Shown piece by piece: positions 49,157 to 58,660 of a stretch of 64,000 nucleotides of DNA. The notes under the pieces were generated by a model. The model searched no databases. It was not told where the DNA came from and saw nothing but the letters and a program-made list of their open reading frames with translations. The first letter of the stretch is position 1, and every line of letters begins with the position of its first letter. The DNA comes from Limnochordia bacterium (lineage in GTDB: Bacteria; Bacillota; Limnochordia; DTU080): NCBI GenBank assembly GCA_050951545.1, contig JBMNJG010000011.1:224001-288000 (forward strand), written 5' to 3'. A program made the translations under genes and the position numbers.

Positions 49157-49291
49157 ATGAGTGATGTGGAGCGGCGGGCGCGCGAGTTTCAGTATGCAGC
49201 GGAACGCGGATACTCAGGCTCTGAGACTGAGCCTGCCAAGAGTCCGGAGCAGCTGCTTGATGAGATCGAGGGGGAAGACGAACGACGGTAG
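49157..49291 (+). CDS. Small acidic hypothetical protein (44 aa)
   Basis: AAGGGA RBS plus ATG; MSDVERRAREFQYAAERGY...; ends just before the RBS of the next gene. Confidence 0.55.
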   Translation: MSDVERRAREFQYAAERGYSGSETEPAKSPEQLLDEIEGEDERR

Positions 49292-49301
49292 GGGGATGAC
49301 C

Positions 49302-49985
49302 ATGGAGATGCCTACTGGAGCGGCGTGCTATTTTGATCTGGTGGGATACACTCACAGGAAGCTCTTTGCTGATTGTCTGCATGTCTGGGAGGTGTTGCCC
49401 AAACTCCCTGCGTACATTGAGTCTTGCCTGCAACCAGCTCTTTGCGGTACGGTGATGGAGGGTGCGTGGGTTGGGCCGCGGGTGTATCTGGGGGCTGGCT
49501 CCACGGTTGAGCCGGGGGCGATGGTCAAAGGACCAGCGATCATTGGCTCAGGTACAGTGATCAGGCACGGTGCTTATCTGCGGGAGTACTGCTTGATCGG
49601 TGATGGTTGCGTGGTGGGTCACGCCAGCGAAATCAAGGGCAGTATCATGTTGGATGGCAGCCAGGCCGCTCATTTCAACTATGTGGGCGACAGCGTGTTG
49701 GGCCATGGTGTGAATCTGGGTGCAGGCGTGAAGCTGTCCAACTTCAAAAACGACGGCGGGATCATCCAGGTGATCGTAGGGGAGAAAAAGTGGTCCACGG
49801 GATTGCGTAAGTTCGGGGCCATTGTCGGAGACCGCGTGGCGTTGGGCTGCAACTGCGTCACAAGCCCCGGCAGCCTCATCGGGCGTGATAGCTCAGTATA
49901 CGCGAATCTGGTCGTGCGAGGGTACATTCCTCCCCGGAGCATAGTCAAGCTGCGGCAGGTGCAAGAGATTGCTCCCCGGCGATAA
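49302..49985 (+). CDS. Hexapeptide-repeat (left-handed beta-helix) GlmU-C-like acyltransferase
   Basis: GPAIIG, GHASEIK, HFNYVGDS, NLGAG, KFGAIVGD. Confidence 0.85.
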   Translation: MEMPTGAACYFDLVGYTHRKLFADCLHVWEVLPKLPAYIESCLQPALCGTVMEGAWVGPRVYLGAGSTVEPGAMVKGPAIIGSGTVIRHGAYLREYCLIGDGCVVGHASEIKGSIMLDGSQAAHFNYVGDSVLGHGVNLGAGVKLSNFKNDGGIIQVIVGEKKWSTGLRKFGAIVGDRVALGCNCVTSPGSLIGRDSSVYANLVVRGYIPPRSIVKLRQVQEIAPRR

Positions 49986-50049
49986 GCAAAGGTCACAAGA
50001 GGTTCTCCAGAGGTTCTTGCTGCAAGAGGGGATTGAGGTTCCCTGGCAT

Positions 50050-50583
50050 ATGCTGTGGGTAGACCCTATTCGCCAGCGACTCAGTGCCTTATGTTATGTA
50101 CAGCGCGGCGATCAAGTCCTGATGCTGCAAAGACGCAAACAGCCTTTCTCCGGGTATTGGACCGCACCGGGCGGCAAGCTCGAACCCGGAGAAGATCCGA
50201 GACAAGCCATCAGGCGCGAGATACAAGAAGAAACAGGTCTTCACCTGCGCTCTGCTAATCTGCAGCTCGTGGTGTCCGAGAGATCGCCGGACCCCCTGTA
50301 CAACTGGTTGCTCTTCGTCTTTCGCAGCGAAGATGCCGCAGGACAGTTGACTGAGTGTCAGGAGGGCTTGCTGCGCTGGGTACCCCTAACGGAGCTAGCG
50401 ACACTGAAGAGAGTGACTATCGACAGCCTCTTACTTCCGTTTGTGTACGACGATCGAAAACGCTACATCATTCATGTCGTCTTTGAACATCCCCCTGAGG
50501 GCGAGATTGTGCGGACAGAGGCTTTTTCGAGACAGTCAGCGCATGCGAGTTCGGGGGGCCGCCGACATGCCCGCACAGAGTAA
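50050..50583 (+). CDS. NUDIX hydrolase (MutT-like)
   Basis: Nudix box GGKLEPGEDPRQAIRREIQEETGL. Start codon uncertain. Confidence 0.88.
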   Translation: MLWVDPIRQRLSALCYVQRGDQVLMLQRRKQPFSGYWTAPGGKLEPGEDPRQAIRREIQEETGLHLRSANLQLVVSERSPDPLYNWLLFVFRSEDAAGQLTECQEGLLRWVPLTELATLKRVTIDSLLLPFVYDDRKRYIIHVVFEHPPEGEIVRTEAFSRQSAHASSGGRRHARTE

Positions 50584-50609
50584 CATGATTCGCTAGGGGA
50601 GAGGGAAGC

Positions 50610-52421
50610 GTGATTCGCTACTGCGTGTGGGTGTCGACAGGATCTTTGGAACCTGCACCCACGCTTCCTCCTCTTCATTCCTATAATGCTCACTGGGGGA
50701 TCTCCTGTGACCCCCATGTGGAGAGAGCCCTGCTCTCACGTGGCAGCACACTACGATTCGTGACGCCTTTTTTGCCACTGTGGTTGGCCGAGATTGCTTC
50801 CCGATACGCAAGTGGTGCAGGCGGATGCGGGGGCGGCTGGCGAGTATGGTTGGCGAGAAGAAGAGTCCGCCGGCTACTAGCGGTCTGGGGCCGCCAAAGT
50901 GCGTGGCGCCAGTTGGATCTTCTTTCCTATGCGCATGTTCCAGCTCAGGGGGAGCTCCTCGTTCCGGAGAGAGCTACGGCCATTCTTGGCATTCTGGCAA
51001 ATCGGCAGCTCCTTGAGCATGAACTGGTCGCCGCTTGGCGAGCGCGGGCCCTGGGCCCCCATGCTCCTTCCGCCTCTGATGTGCAGCAGCTGCTGCTAGC
51101 AGGTCTCGTGGTGCGCAAGGCAGCTGTTGGCCTAGGCTCTTTTGGTCGCTTTGAGTGTCGGCGCTGCGGGAGCCACGAATCTGTTGCCATAGTGCAGTGC
51201 GCGGTGTGTGGGGGCGAATGTCCAGAGTGCCGCGACTGCCTTTCGCTAGGGGTGTCGCGCGGCTGTTCTGCACTGTTGACGACTGCCTCCGATGTGTTGG
51301 CATGGACCGATGCGAGAGCTCGGTCCACGAGTTGCTCTGCTCCGACCTACCATCTGCCTTTTGCACTGTCGCCAGCGCAGGAGAGTGCGGCGGATGAGAT
51401 CCAACAGGCGATGCATGAGGGGGTACGCCATGTGTTGGTGTGGGCGGCTTGCGGGGCTGGCAAGACGGAAGTAGTCTTTGAAGCTATCGCGGAAGCATTG
51501 GCCCGCCGAGGTCGCGTGCTTATAGCGACCCCACGGCGGGATGTGGCTGCAGAGCTCTGCGAGCGACTTCAGTCTGCCTTTGGTGCTGAGGTGGTCGCAG
51601 GTCTCTATGGTGGAGTGACGCAGAAGTATCCTGATGCACCTGTGCTGGTAGCCACCACCCACCAAGCCGTACGTTTCGCAGGACAGTTTCAGCTTCTGGT
51701 ATTTGATGAGTGCGATGCTTTTCCCTACACTGACAGCCCGTTGCTACAGAGAGCAATCGCTCGTCTGGCGGCGCGGGCTGGCTGTTTTGTGCAGATGACG
51801 GCGACCCCAACGCAGCGACAGATGCGTCAAGCTCGCTTGCCTGGCTCCCGCCTGATCCATATCCCGGCTCGCTACCATGGGTATCCTCTACCAGTACCCG
51901 TTGTCTGCGAGGACTCACGGCTTAAGCAGTGGCCTGGGCGGCAGGTACCAGCATGTCTGGGCGAAGCACTTGTGCAGACAGAGGAAGATGGGGCGCAACT
52001 TCTGATTTTCGTGCCCCGCCGAGCGTTGGTAGAGCCCGTAGTCAGTGCGATAAAGAGTGTCGGTTATCGGCGAGTCATGGGTGTACACTCGCGCTCACAT
52101 AGGCGTGATGCGGTGCGAGAGGCCTTAGCAGCGGGTGCCCTGGATGTAGCCGTCTCTACAACAGTCTTCGAACGAGGACTGACTTTTCCAACAGCCAATG
52201 TCGCTGTTCTTTTCGCTGATGCCGAAGAGGTGTTCGATGCTGCAACCTTGATACAGATGGCTGGCAGGGTTGGCCGCACCGCCCAAAGACCCATGGGCCG
52301 GGTCTGGTTTCTGTGCACCAGACCAAGCCGACAGATGCGAGATGCCTGCCAGGCGATTGAGGAGCTAAACATTATGGCTGAGGAGCGGGGACTGCTGACA
52401 GCTTGCCACTCATGCCCCTAG
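50610..52421 (+). CDS. comFA: Competence helicase ComFA
   Basis: Cys-rich Zn motif, WAACGAGKTE, TPRRDV, DECDAFPY, MTATP, PARYH, QMAGRVGR. Confidence 0.88.
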   Translation: MIRYCVWVSTGSLEPAPTLPPLHSYNAHWGISCDPHVERALLSRGSTLRFVTPFLPLWLAEIASRYASGAGGCGGGWRVWLARRRVRRLLAVWGRQSAWRQLDLLSYAHVPAQGELLVPERATAILGILANRQLLEHELVAAWRARALGPHAPSASDVQQLLLAGLVVRKAAVGLGSFGRFECRRCGSHESVAIVQCAVCGGECPECRDCLSLGVSRGCSALLTTASDVLAWTDARARSTSCSAPTYHLPFALSPAQESAADEIQQAMHEGVRHVLVWAACGAGKTEVVFEAIAEALARRGRVLIATPRRDVAAELCERLQSAFGAEVVAGLYGGVTQKYPDAPVLVATTHQAVRFAGQFQLLVFDECDAFPYTDSPLLQRAIARLAARAGCFVQMTATPTQRQMRQARLPGSRLIHIPARYHGYPLPVPVVCEDSRLKQWPGRQVPACLGEALVQTEEDGAQLLIFVPRRALVEPVVSAIKSVGYRRVMGVHSRSHRRDAVREALAAGALDVAVSTTVFERGLTFPTANVAVLFADAEEVFDAATLIQMAGRVGRTAQRPMGRVWFLCTRPSRQMRDACQAIEELNIMAEERGLLTACHSCP

Positions 52422-52474
52422 GGGCTTATGATGAAAAGGCACGGGCCATGCTGTAGGGTAACGGAGGTCTTCCT

Positions 52475-53263
52475 ATGCGTCTGTTGCGGACCCTCGCCAT
52501 GGAGGCAACGTATCTGCTCTTCGCAACCCCTAGGCCCTGCTATCTGTGTGGTTGTGCGCTACCGCCCCCCATCTTGCCGTGGGCGTCTCTCGTGGGTGAT
52601 GTACGTGCACTGTTTTGCGAGAAGTGCCATGCCTGCATTCCCTGGGTTGTGCCGCCCCGGTGTGACGAATGTGGCCGGCCGGGGTCACAGGCCGGGCTAT
52701 GCCGACTGTGTCGCAGGAGGGCGAGACGGCTGAAGGGGCGGAGCCTAGCTGTCTACACCGGTGTCATCAAGCGACTACTGGCAGATCTCAAGTTCAGAGG
52801 AGTGCGGGAGGTGGCCGAGCCGTTGGGCTATCTCACTGGCGTCGCTGCCTCTGAAGTGGTGAAGGATTGGCGCTCACTAGTCATTGTGCCAATACCACTT
52901 CACAGCGAGCGCCTCATTGAGCGAGGGTTCAATCAGGCAGAGCTGTTGGCTGCAGGTGTAGCTCGCGTGCTTGGCCGTCCTATGTGGACGGGCGCTCTTG
53001 AGCGTAGTAGGGCCACGGCGACACAGAGTACGCTCTCCGCTACAGAACGTTGGAGAAATATGGAAGGGGCTTTTGTGGCTCCCCTACCGGGGCAGGTGGC
53101 ACACAGACGCTTTCTTCTGATTGATGATGTGTATACTACTGGAGCTACGATCTCTGCAGCGGCTGCGGCGTTGATGCGGGTAGGTGCCGCAGAGGTACGC
53201 TTTGCCACAGTCGCGGTTGCAGTAGCTATGACGGATGTGCTAGACTGGGCGGGTGATCAATAA
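52475..53263 (+). CDS. comFC: ComFC/ComF-family protein (double Zn ribbon + PRTase)
   Basis: CxxC motifs, [20 protein letters not shown]. Confidence 0.92.
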   Translation: MRLLRTLAMEATYLLFATPRPCYLCGCALPPPILPWASLVGDVRALFCEKCHACIPWVVPPRCDECGRPGSQAGLCRLCRRRARRLKGRSLAVYTGVIKRLLADLKFRGVREVAEPLGYLTGVAASEVVKDWRSLVIVPIPLHSERLIERGFNQAELLAAGVARVLGRPMWTGALERSRATATQSTLSATERWRNMEGAFVAPLPGQVAHRRFLLIDDVYTTGATISAAAAALMRVGAAEVRFATVAVAVAMTDVLDWAGDQ

Positions 53264-53357
53264 GAGGAAAACGGCGAATAGTACCGAAGTGGATCCGGCA
53301 GTGACGGATCGCTTCAGCCCCATCGGCTGCTGTAGTCTCGCCCAAGGAGGGACCTAC

Positions 53358-53576
53358 ATGCTCGTGCTCACGCGCAAGCGCGATGAGAGCATCTTCATCG
53401 GTGACAATATCAAAATCACGGTTGTTGACGTTCGCGGCGATCAAGTAAAAATTGGCATAGATGCTCCTAGACACGTGCCCGTGCATCGGGAAGAGGTGTA
53501 TAAGGAGATTCAGGAAGAAACACGACAGGCTGGCTCAGGGGCGCTCGATCCAAAGCAAAGCCTTGCCCGACACTAG
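53358..53576 (+). CDS. csrA: Carbon storage regulator CsrA
   Basis: [30 protein letters not shown]; AAGGAGG RBS. Confidence 0.97.
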   Translation: MLVLTRKRDESIFIGDNIKITVVDVRGDQVKIGIDAPRHVPVHREEVYKEIQEETRQAGSGALDPKQSLARH

Positions 53577-53605
53577 CTTGGCATCGAATCAAGAGTTCTC
53601 ATGGT

Positions 53606-53642
53606 AACGGCTTGTGGTCGCCGCGGCAACCACAAGCCGTTT
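53606..53642 (+). terminator. intrinsic terminator after csrA
   Basis: AACGGCTTGTGGT/ACCACAAGCCGTT 13-bp stem. Confidence 0.8.
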
Positions 53643-53691
53643 GACTTCTCTGGTAAAGGTCGCTGTTGCATCCTGTTTCCTCTCGTTTGTC

Positions 53692-53720
53692 TTGCGGTGG
53701 CGTAACTAGGGAAGTATAAT
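53692..53720 (+). promoter_or_regulatory. sigma-A promoter of the raiA-motif RNA
   Basis: TTGCGG-N17-TATAAT; the predicted +1 near 53727 coincides with the start of the closing stem. Confidence 0.8.
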
Positions 53721-53726
53721 GGATTC

Positions 53727-53928
53727 GCCGTCACTCGTCCAGGTCTGTGGTTGAAAGTCGAGGCCAGCCGTAGGCGAAACGACCCACGTAAGGCAACCTA
53801 AAAAACGCGTGTTGCCGAGCATGGTGCGGCTTAGAGTAAGACCTGTTGTTTGCGTCGTGCGTACCACGAGTACCGGTAGCGACAGGCGGATGTGGGGGCA
53901 AAGACCAGGTCAGCTGTACGGTGACGGC
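53727..53928 (+). ncRNA. raiA-motif structured RNA
   Basis: Blocks recalled from the raiA motif: GGTCTGTGGTTGAAAGTCGA-GCCAG-CG-AGGC-AAACGA-CCACGTAAG, GAGCATGGTGCGGCTTAG-GTAAG-CCTG and CAGGCG-TGTGGGGGCAAAGACCAGGTCA. Closing stem GCCGTCAC/GTGACGGC. Typical comFC...hpf context. Confidence 0.92.
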
Positions 53929-53977
53929 ATGTTGCTGGAGGTCTGCATGGGGCCAGCGGAAGCGAGGGATCGGACCA

Positions 53978-54277
53978 GTGCCATTTGTCGACAAAACACT
54001 GAAATGCAAGGATTGCGACCAGGAATTTGTTTTTACTGCCGGTGAGCAGGCTTTTTACGAGGAAAAAGGGTTTCAGAATGAGCCGACGCGTTGTCGCGAC
54101 TGTCGCGGCGCGCGCAAACGTGAACGTAATACCGGGAGCTTTCGCGGCAACGGCCAGACAAGACAGCTTTACGCAGTGATTTGCGCAGAGTGCGGTGCGG
54201 AGACCCAGGTGCCTTTCCAGCCTAGGGGCGACCGGCCCGTCTACTGCCGCGACTGTTTTCAGGCGAGGAACAGCTAG
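53978..54277 (+). CDS. Double zinc-ribbon protein (zf-trcl + CxxC-x17-CxxC)
   Basis: DKTLKCKDC..FVFTAGEQAFYEEKGF.NEPTRCRDCR and CAECG..VPFQP..RPVYCRDCF; GTG start after GAGGGA. Confidence 0.9.
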   Translation: MPFVDKTLKCKDCDQEFVFTAGEQAFYEEKGFQNEPTRCRDCRGARKRERNTGSFRGNGQTRQLYAVICAECGAETQVPFQPRGDRPVYCRDCFQARNS

Positions 54278-54308
54278 ATCATCGGGGATCCAAGGCGCGG
54301 TAAGGGCG

Positions 54309-54343
54309 GCCCGCTTTGCACAAAAGCGGGCTATTCTTCTTTC
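54309..54343 (+). terminator. intrinsic terminator
   Basis: GCCCGCTTT/AAAGCGGGC stem plus a T-rich tail. Confidence 0.65.
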
Positions 54344-54361
54344 TGGCTAGGCGGTTTTTCC

Positions 54362-54387
54362 AGGAGTTATGTTGCGCGTCCAGAAAT
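54362..54387 (+). promoter_or_regulatory. possible sigma-H-like promoter of hpf
   Basis: AGGA-N17-GAAAT resembles the sigma-H AGGA...GAAT consensus; B. subtilis hpf (yvyD) is sigma-H/sigma-B controlled. Confidence 0.35.
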
Positions 54388-54439
54388 ATACTAGTGCCGC
54401 CGTGCGTTGTGCGAGCGCCAAGCGAAGGGGATGACAGCT

Positions 54440-54997
54440 ATGGCAGAGACAGGAACCATGCGCATCGCAGTCACGGGAAAGAATCTTGAGATCACACAAG
54501 CACTGCGTGAGTACTCTGAGAAGAAGGTGCGCAAACTCATTAAGTTCTTTCGCGGCGGTGAGGTGGGCGCTGAGATGCTGCTTAGTGTACAGCGCGAGGC
54601 GCACATTGCGGAACTCACGGTGCATCTGAACGGGCTTCTGTTGCGTGCAGAGAGTCGCACTTTCGACATGTATGCCAGTATCGACGAGGCTGTGGATCGC
54701 GTGGAACAGCAGTTGCGCAAGTATAAGACGCGCATTCAGCGACGGCTGCAAGAGAGTCCGCGCAAGGATCTCACACCTGATATCCATGTGGCAGGGTCCG
54801 AGGAAAGCGAAGAGGTTCCGCCGGTGGTGGTGCGAACCAAACGGTTTGCGATGAAGCCGATGGACGTCGAAGAGGCGATTATGCAGATGGAGTTGCTCGG
54901 GCACGACTTCTTTGTCTTTACCCACAGCTCCAATGAGAGCATTAATGTGGTGTACCGGCGGCGCGACGGCAACTACGGCTTGATTGAGCCTCAGTAA
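54440..54997 (+). CDS. hpf: Ribosome hibernation promoting factor, long form (HPF/RaiA)
   Basis: GKNLEITQALREY, DMYASID, QLRKYK; C-terminal KPMDVEEAIMQMELLGHDFFVF..VVYRRRDGNYGLIE. Confidence 0.96.
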   Translation: MAETGTMRIAVTGKNLEITQALREYSEKKVRKLIKFFRGGEVGAEMLLSVQREAHIAELTVHLNGLLLRAESRTFDMYASIDEAVDRVEQQLRKYKTRIQRRLQESPRKDLTPDIHVAGSEESEEVPPVVVRTKRFAMKPMDVEEAIMQMELLGHDFFVFTHSSNESINVVYRRRDGNYGLIEPQ

Positions 54998-55023
54998 GTC
55001 GTGATTGATTGACGGTTCTTCGT

Positions 55024-55050
55024 GACCCGGCCCTGCAGGGCCGGGTCTTC
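55024..55050. terminator. palindromic terminator between convergent genes
   Basis: Perfect palindrome GACCCGGCCCTGCAGGGCCGGGTC. Confidence 0.65.
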
Positions 55051-55080
55051 ACTATGTAGTTGGCAGCAGATTATGAGTTA

Positions 55081-55590
55081 CTATTGCGGTTTGCTTTCAG
55101 GAGGGACGCCATTCGGATCATCGGTAAGAAAGAAAGCGTCGAAACGAGCTTTGATCTCGCCGTGAGAGGCCTTCAACTGGTGTGTGCCCTTCTTCAGATC
55201 ATAGGATGCGATTTTCACCCACTCGTAGACGCCTGTTGTGGAGGGCCATTTTCTGCTCCATGGTGCATTACCCACGGTGACATAGGCTGCATCGGAATTA
55301 CCATCTGGACCGAAAAGACGCGCCCACAACTGGTAGGTATCATCCGCAGGAACTGATACTTCGATCTCGGCCAGTGCCACAGGAGACCGGGTATCTTGGC
55401 CTACTGGCACATGGATGTATCTGCCGCCAAACGCTTCTCCGTCGGCAGCTACTACCATATCTGAGGCTAGGGTCATGTCTTCGGCTTCGACAAGTACGCT
55501 GAATTCGGAGGCGAGAGCTGCGCTTTGGAGCATTGCCGCTATCAACAGCGTAAGACAGAGTACTACTGAGCTTTGCATGTTCCGAACCAT
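55081..55590 (-). CDS. Small secreted CBM6/35-like beta-sandwich protein
   Basis: Signal peptide; VEAED, AFGGRY, YQLWAR, LKKGTHQL, RFDAFFLT. Confidence 0.7.
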   Translation of the reverse strand: MVRNMQSSVVLCLTLLIAAMLQSAALASEFSVLVEAEDMTLASDMVVAADGEAFGGRYIHVPVGQDTRSPVALAEIEVSVPADDTYQLWARLFGPDGNSDAAYVTVGNAPWSRKWPSTTGVYEWVKIASYDLKKGTHQLKASHGEIKARFDAFFLTDDPNGVPPESKPQ

Positions 55591-55748
55591 AACAGAGTGC
55601 CCCCTTGTGTAAGGTAATTGATAAGATAAACCCATCGCAGGATCGCGATATCAGTAAGACTATATGACGTTGAAGCGCATTTACCTTTTTTTCCCTCGCC
55701 CGACGATGCCGGATGGCGCCTTTGGCAGCTTCTGGCCGTGGCGTCTCC

Positions 55749-55777
55749 TTGTTGGGCGGATGCTGCCATGCTATACT
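55749..55777 (+). promoter_or_regulatory. sigma-A promoter of secA
   Basis: TTGTTG-N17-TATACT with an extended TG. Confidence 0.55.
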
Positions 55778-55918
55778 ATTGGCGACAAATGAAGAGTACG
55801 CGCACAGGCGCCCGACCGGAAGCAGGCTGGGTACAGTAGGTGTCCCGGTGGCTTATCTATTGTGCAGCATTGGCGAATGCTGGTGATCGCCTAGAGACGA
55901 TCTGCAAAGGGGTAGTAT

Positions 55919-58612
55919 ATGCTCGGGCTCATACGCAGAATGTTCGACACGAACGCCAAAGAGGTACGGAGACTGCAGGAGCGGACTCTGGCCATTAATG
56001 CTATAGAGTCAGAAACAAAGGCACTGACTGATTCCGATCTACGGGCAAGGAAAGATGAGTTCCGCTCGCGCTTGGATAATGGCGCTGATCTGGACGATCT
56101 CTTGCCCGAAGCTTTCGCTGTGGTGAGGGAGGCAGCCTGGCGTGCCATCGGGCAGCGTCACTATGATGTGCAGCTGATGGGCGGCATTGTGTTGCATGAG
56201 GGCCGCATTGCGGAGATGAAGACTGGCGAAGGCAAAACCCTGGTGGCGACCTTGCCGGTCTATCTCAATGCTCTTGTTGGTCGTGGAGTGCATGTGATCA
56301 CAGTTAACGATTACCTCGCTCGTCGAGACGCGGAATGGATGGGACGCATCTACCGCTCCCTGGGCCTATCCGTAGGCTGTATTGTGCATGGACTTGACTT
56401 CGCTATGCGTCGACAGGCCTATAGCTGCGACGTAACCTATGGCACAAACAATGAGTTTGGTTTTGACTACTTGCGTGACAACATGGTCATGCATCCTGAG
56501 CAAAGAGTACAGAGACAGCTGCACTACGCGATTGTGGACGAGGTAGACAACATCCTGATCGACGAAGCGCGTACGCCACTTATCATTTCGGGTCAGGCCG
56601 AGGAATCTACGGATCATTACTATCGCTTCGCGCAGCTCGTCCCTCGTCTGAAGCGCGATGTGGACTACACGGTCGAAGAGAAGACGCGTCAGGTCGCGAT
56701 CAGCGAAGAGGGTGTGGAGAAACTCGAGCAGTGGCTGGGAGTGAACATGTTTGACGAGGCTCACTTTGAGCTCACGCACTATATGCAACAGGCATTGCGG
56801 GCACACACTCTCTATCAGAAAGACCGAGACTACGTCGTCAAAGACGGGAAAGTGACTATTGTCGATGAGTTCACCGGGCGTCTAATGCTGGGGCGCCGCT
56901 ATAGCGATGGTCTGCATCAGGCCATCGAAGCCAAAGAGGGCGTGCGTATCGAACATGAGTCGCAGACGCTAGCTTCTATCACGTTCCAGAACTACTTCCG
57001 CATGTATGAGAAACTCGCCGGCATGACTGGTACGGCGGAGACGGAAGAGGCCGAGTTTCGCAAGATCTATGGCATGGATGTGGTGGTTATTCCCACCAAC
57101 ATGCCGCTGATTCGCCAAGACCACGCTGATCTAGTCTATAAGACGGAGATGGCCAAGTTCGAAGCGATCGTGGATGAGATTGCTCAGTGGCACCAAGAGG
57201 GTAGGCCAGTCTTGGTCGGTACTATCTCCATTGAGAAATCAGAGAAGCTGAGTGACATGCTCTCTCGGCGAGGCATCAAGCATCAAGTTCTCAATGCCAA
57301 GCATCACGAGAAAGAGGCAGAGATCATCGCTCAGGCGGGGCGGCTCGGAGCAGTCACCATTGCCACGAATATGGCGGGACGGGGCACTGACATTCTGCTG
57401 GGGGGCAACCCAGAATTCTTAGCCAAGCAGCGTTTGCGACAAGCGGGCATCGCGCCCGAGATTGAGGCCCAGATAGGCGAGCCTACAGCGGGTGACGAGC
57501 CGGAGGTACTGGCGGCGCGGGATATGTTCCAGAAGCTCCTCGAAGAGTGCAAAGGTGAGACCGATCTCGAGAAAGAGCAAGTGATCCAGCGAGGTGGCTT
57601 GCACATCATTGGCTCAGAACGCCATGAGAGTCGCCGCATTGACAACCAGCTTCGGGGGCGCTCAGGCCGACAGGGCGACCCAGGATCCTCGCGCTTTTAC
57701 GTCTCACTAGAAGACGACTTGATGCGCCTGTTCGGGTCAGAACGGGTCTCCTCTATCATGGACCGTCTAGGATGGGAAGACGATCAGCCCATTGAGCATG
57801 GCCAGATCACTCGGACCATTGAGAACGCTCAGCGTAAGGTGGAAGCTTACCACTTCGATATCCGCGAGCAAGTGCTAAAGTATGACGACGTACTGAACAA
57901 GCAGCGCGAAGTGATCTACGAGATGCGCCGTCACGTGCTCAACGGTGAAGACATGCGCGAGCGAATTCAAGGCATGATGCATCAAGCGATAGGCACTATG
58001 GTTGCGGAAACGTGCAGCGAGAAGGTGCATCATGAGGAATGGGACCGCGATGGACTGCTCGAGCGTCTGAATGATCTAGTCGCTGGAGATCCAGGAATCT
58101 CGGTGGATGATCTGCGTATATCCGACCGAGACGGCATCGAGGAGATCCTGCTCGAGAAGGCCGAAGCTGCCTACGCCGCTCGGCAAACGACGATAGGCGC
58201 TGAGCAATTGCGTGAGCTAGAGCGCATGATCCTCCTACATGTGGTCGACACCAAGTGGATGGATCATCTGCGAAACATGGAAGACTTGCGACAGGGCATC
58301 GGTTTGCGGGCTTACGCGCAGCAAGATCCGCTGCTCGAGTACCAGTTTGAGAGCTTCCAAATGTTTCAGGCGATGATGCATGCGGTACAAGACGACGTGT
58401 TACGGTACCTGTTTCGTGTACAGGTGGCGGGCCGAGATGCCCAGCGCGAGCAGGAAGAGCGTCAGAAGGCTGCGCAAAGACTGCTCTCGGTTCAGACCAA
58501 CCGCGATGGTGACGATGCCGCACGGCCTAGGCGGGTAGGCGCCAAGGTGGGCCGTAACGATCCGTGTCCGTGTGGTTCCGGCAAGAAGTATAAGCGATGC
58601 TGTGGAGCTTAG
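55919..58612 (+). CDS. secA: Preprotein translocase subunit SecA
   Basis: [31 protein letters not shown]-terminal [13 protein letters not shown]. Confidence 0.99.
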   Translation: MLGLIRRMFDTNAKEVRRLQERTLAINAIESETKALTDSDLRARKDEFRSRLDNGADLDDLLPEAFAVVREAAWRAIGQRHYDVQLMGGIVLHEGRIAEMKTGEGKTLVATLPVYLNALVGRGVHVITVNDYLARRDAEWMGRIYRSLGLSVGCIVHGLDFAMRRQAYSCDVTYGTNNEFGFDYLRDNMVMHPEQRVQRQLHYAIVDEVDNILIDEARTPLIISGQAEESTDHYYRFAQLVPRLKRDVDYTVEEKTRQVAISEEGVEKLEQWLGVNMFDEAHFELTHYMQQALRAHTLYQKDRDYVVKDGKVTIVDEFTGRLMLGRRYSDGLHQAIEAKEGVRIEHESQTLASITFQNYFRMYEKLAGMTGTAETEEAEFRKIYGMDVVVIPTNMPLIRQDHADLVYKTEMAKFEAIVDEIAQWHQEGRPVLVGTISIEKSEKLSDMLSRRGIKHQVLNAKHHEKEAEIIAQAGRLGAVTIATNMAGRGTDILLGGNPEFLAKQRLRQAGIAPEIEAQIGEPTAGDEPEVLAARDMFQKLLEECKGETDLEKEQVIQRGGLHIIGSERHESRRIDNQLRGRSGRQGDPGSSRFYVSLEDDLMRLFGSERVSSIMDRLGWEDDQPIEHGQITRTIENAQRKVEAYHFDIREQVLKYDDVLNKQREVIYEMRRHVLNGEDMRERIQGMMHQAIGTMVAETCSEKVHHEEWDRDGLLERLNDLVAGDPGISVDDLRISDRDGIEEILLEKAEAAYAARQTTIGAEQLRELERMILLHVVDTKWMDHLRNMEDLRQGIGLRAYAQQDPLLEYQFESFQMFQAMMHAVQDDVLRYLFRVQVAGRDAQREQEERQKAAQRLLSVQTNRDGDDAARPRRVGAKVGRNDPCPCGSGKKYKRCCGA

Positions 58613-58660
58613 TAGATGCTACACTTTGTGACGGATCTTGTGGAAAGGGTGACGCAAGCG

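Noticed and set aside
53846-53977. N-terminal extension of the zinc-ribbon ORF and other ORFs across 53731-54045
   Set aside because: They overlap the raiA-motif RNA; the RBS and family N-terminus support GTG at 53978.
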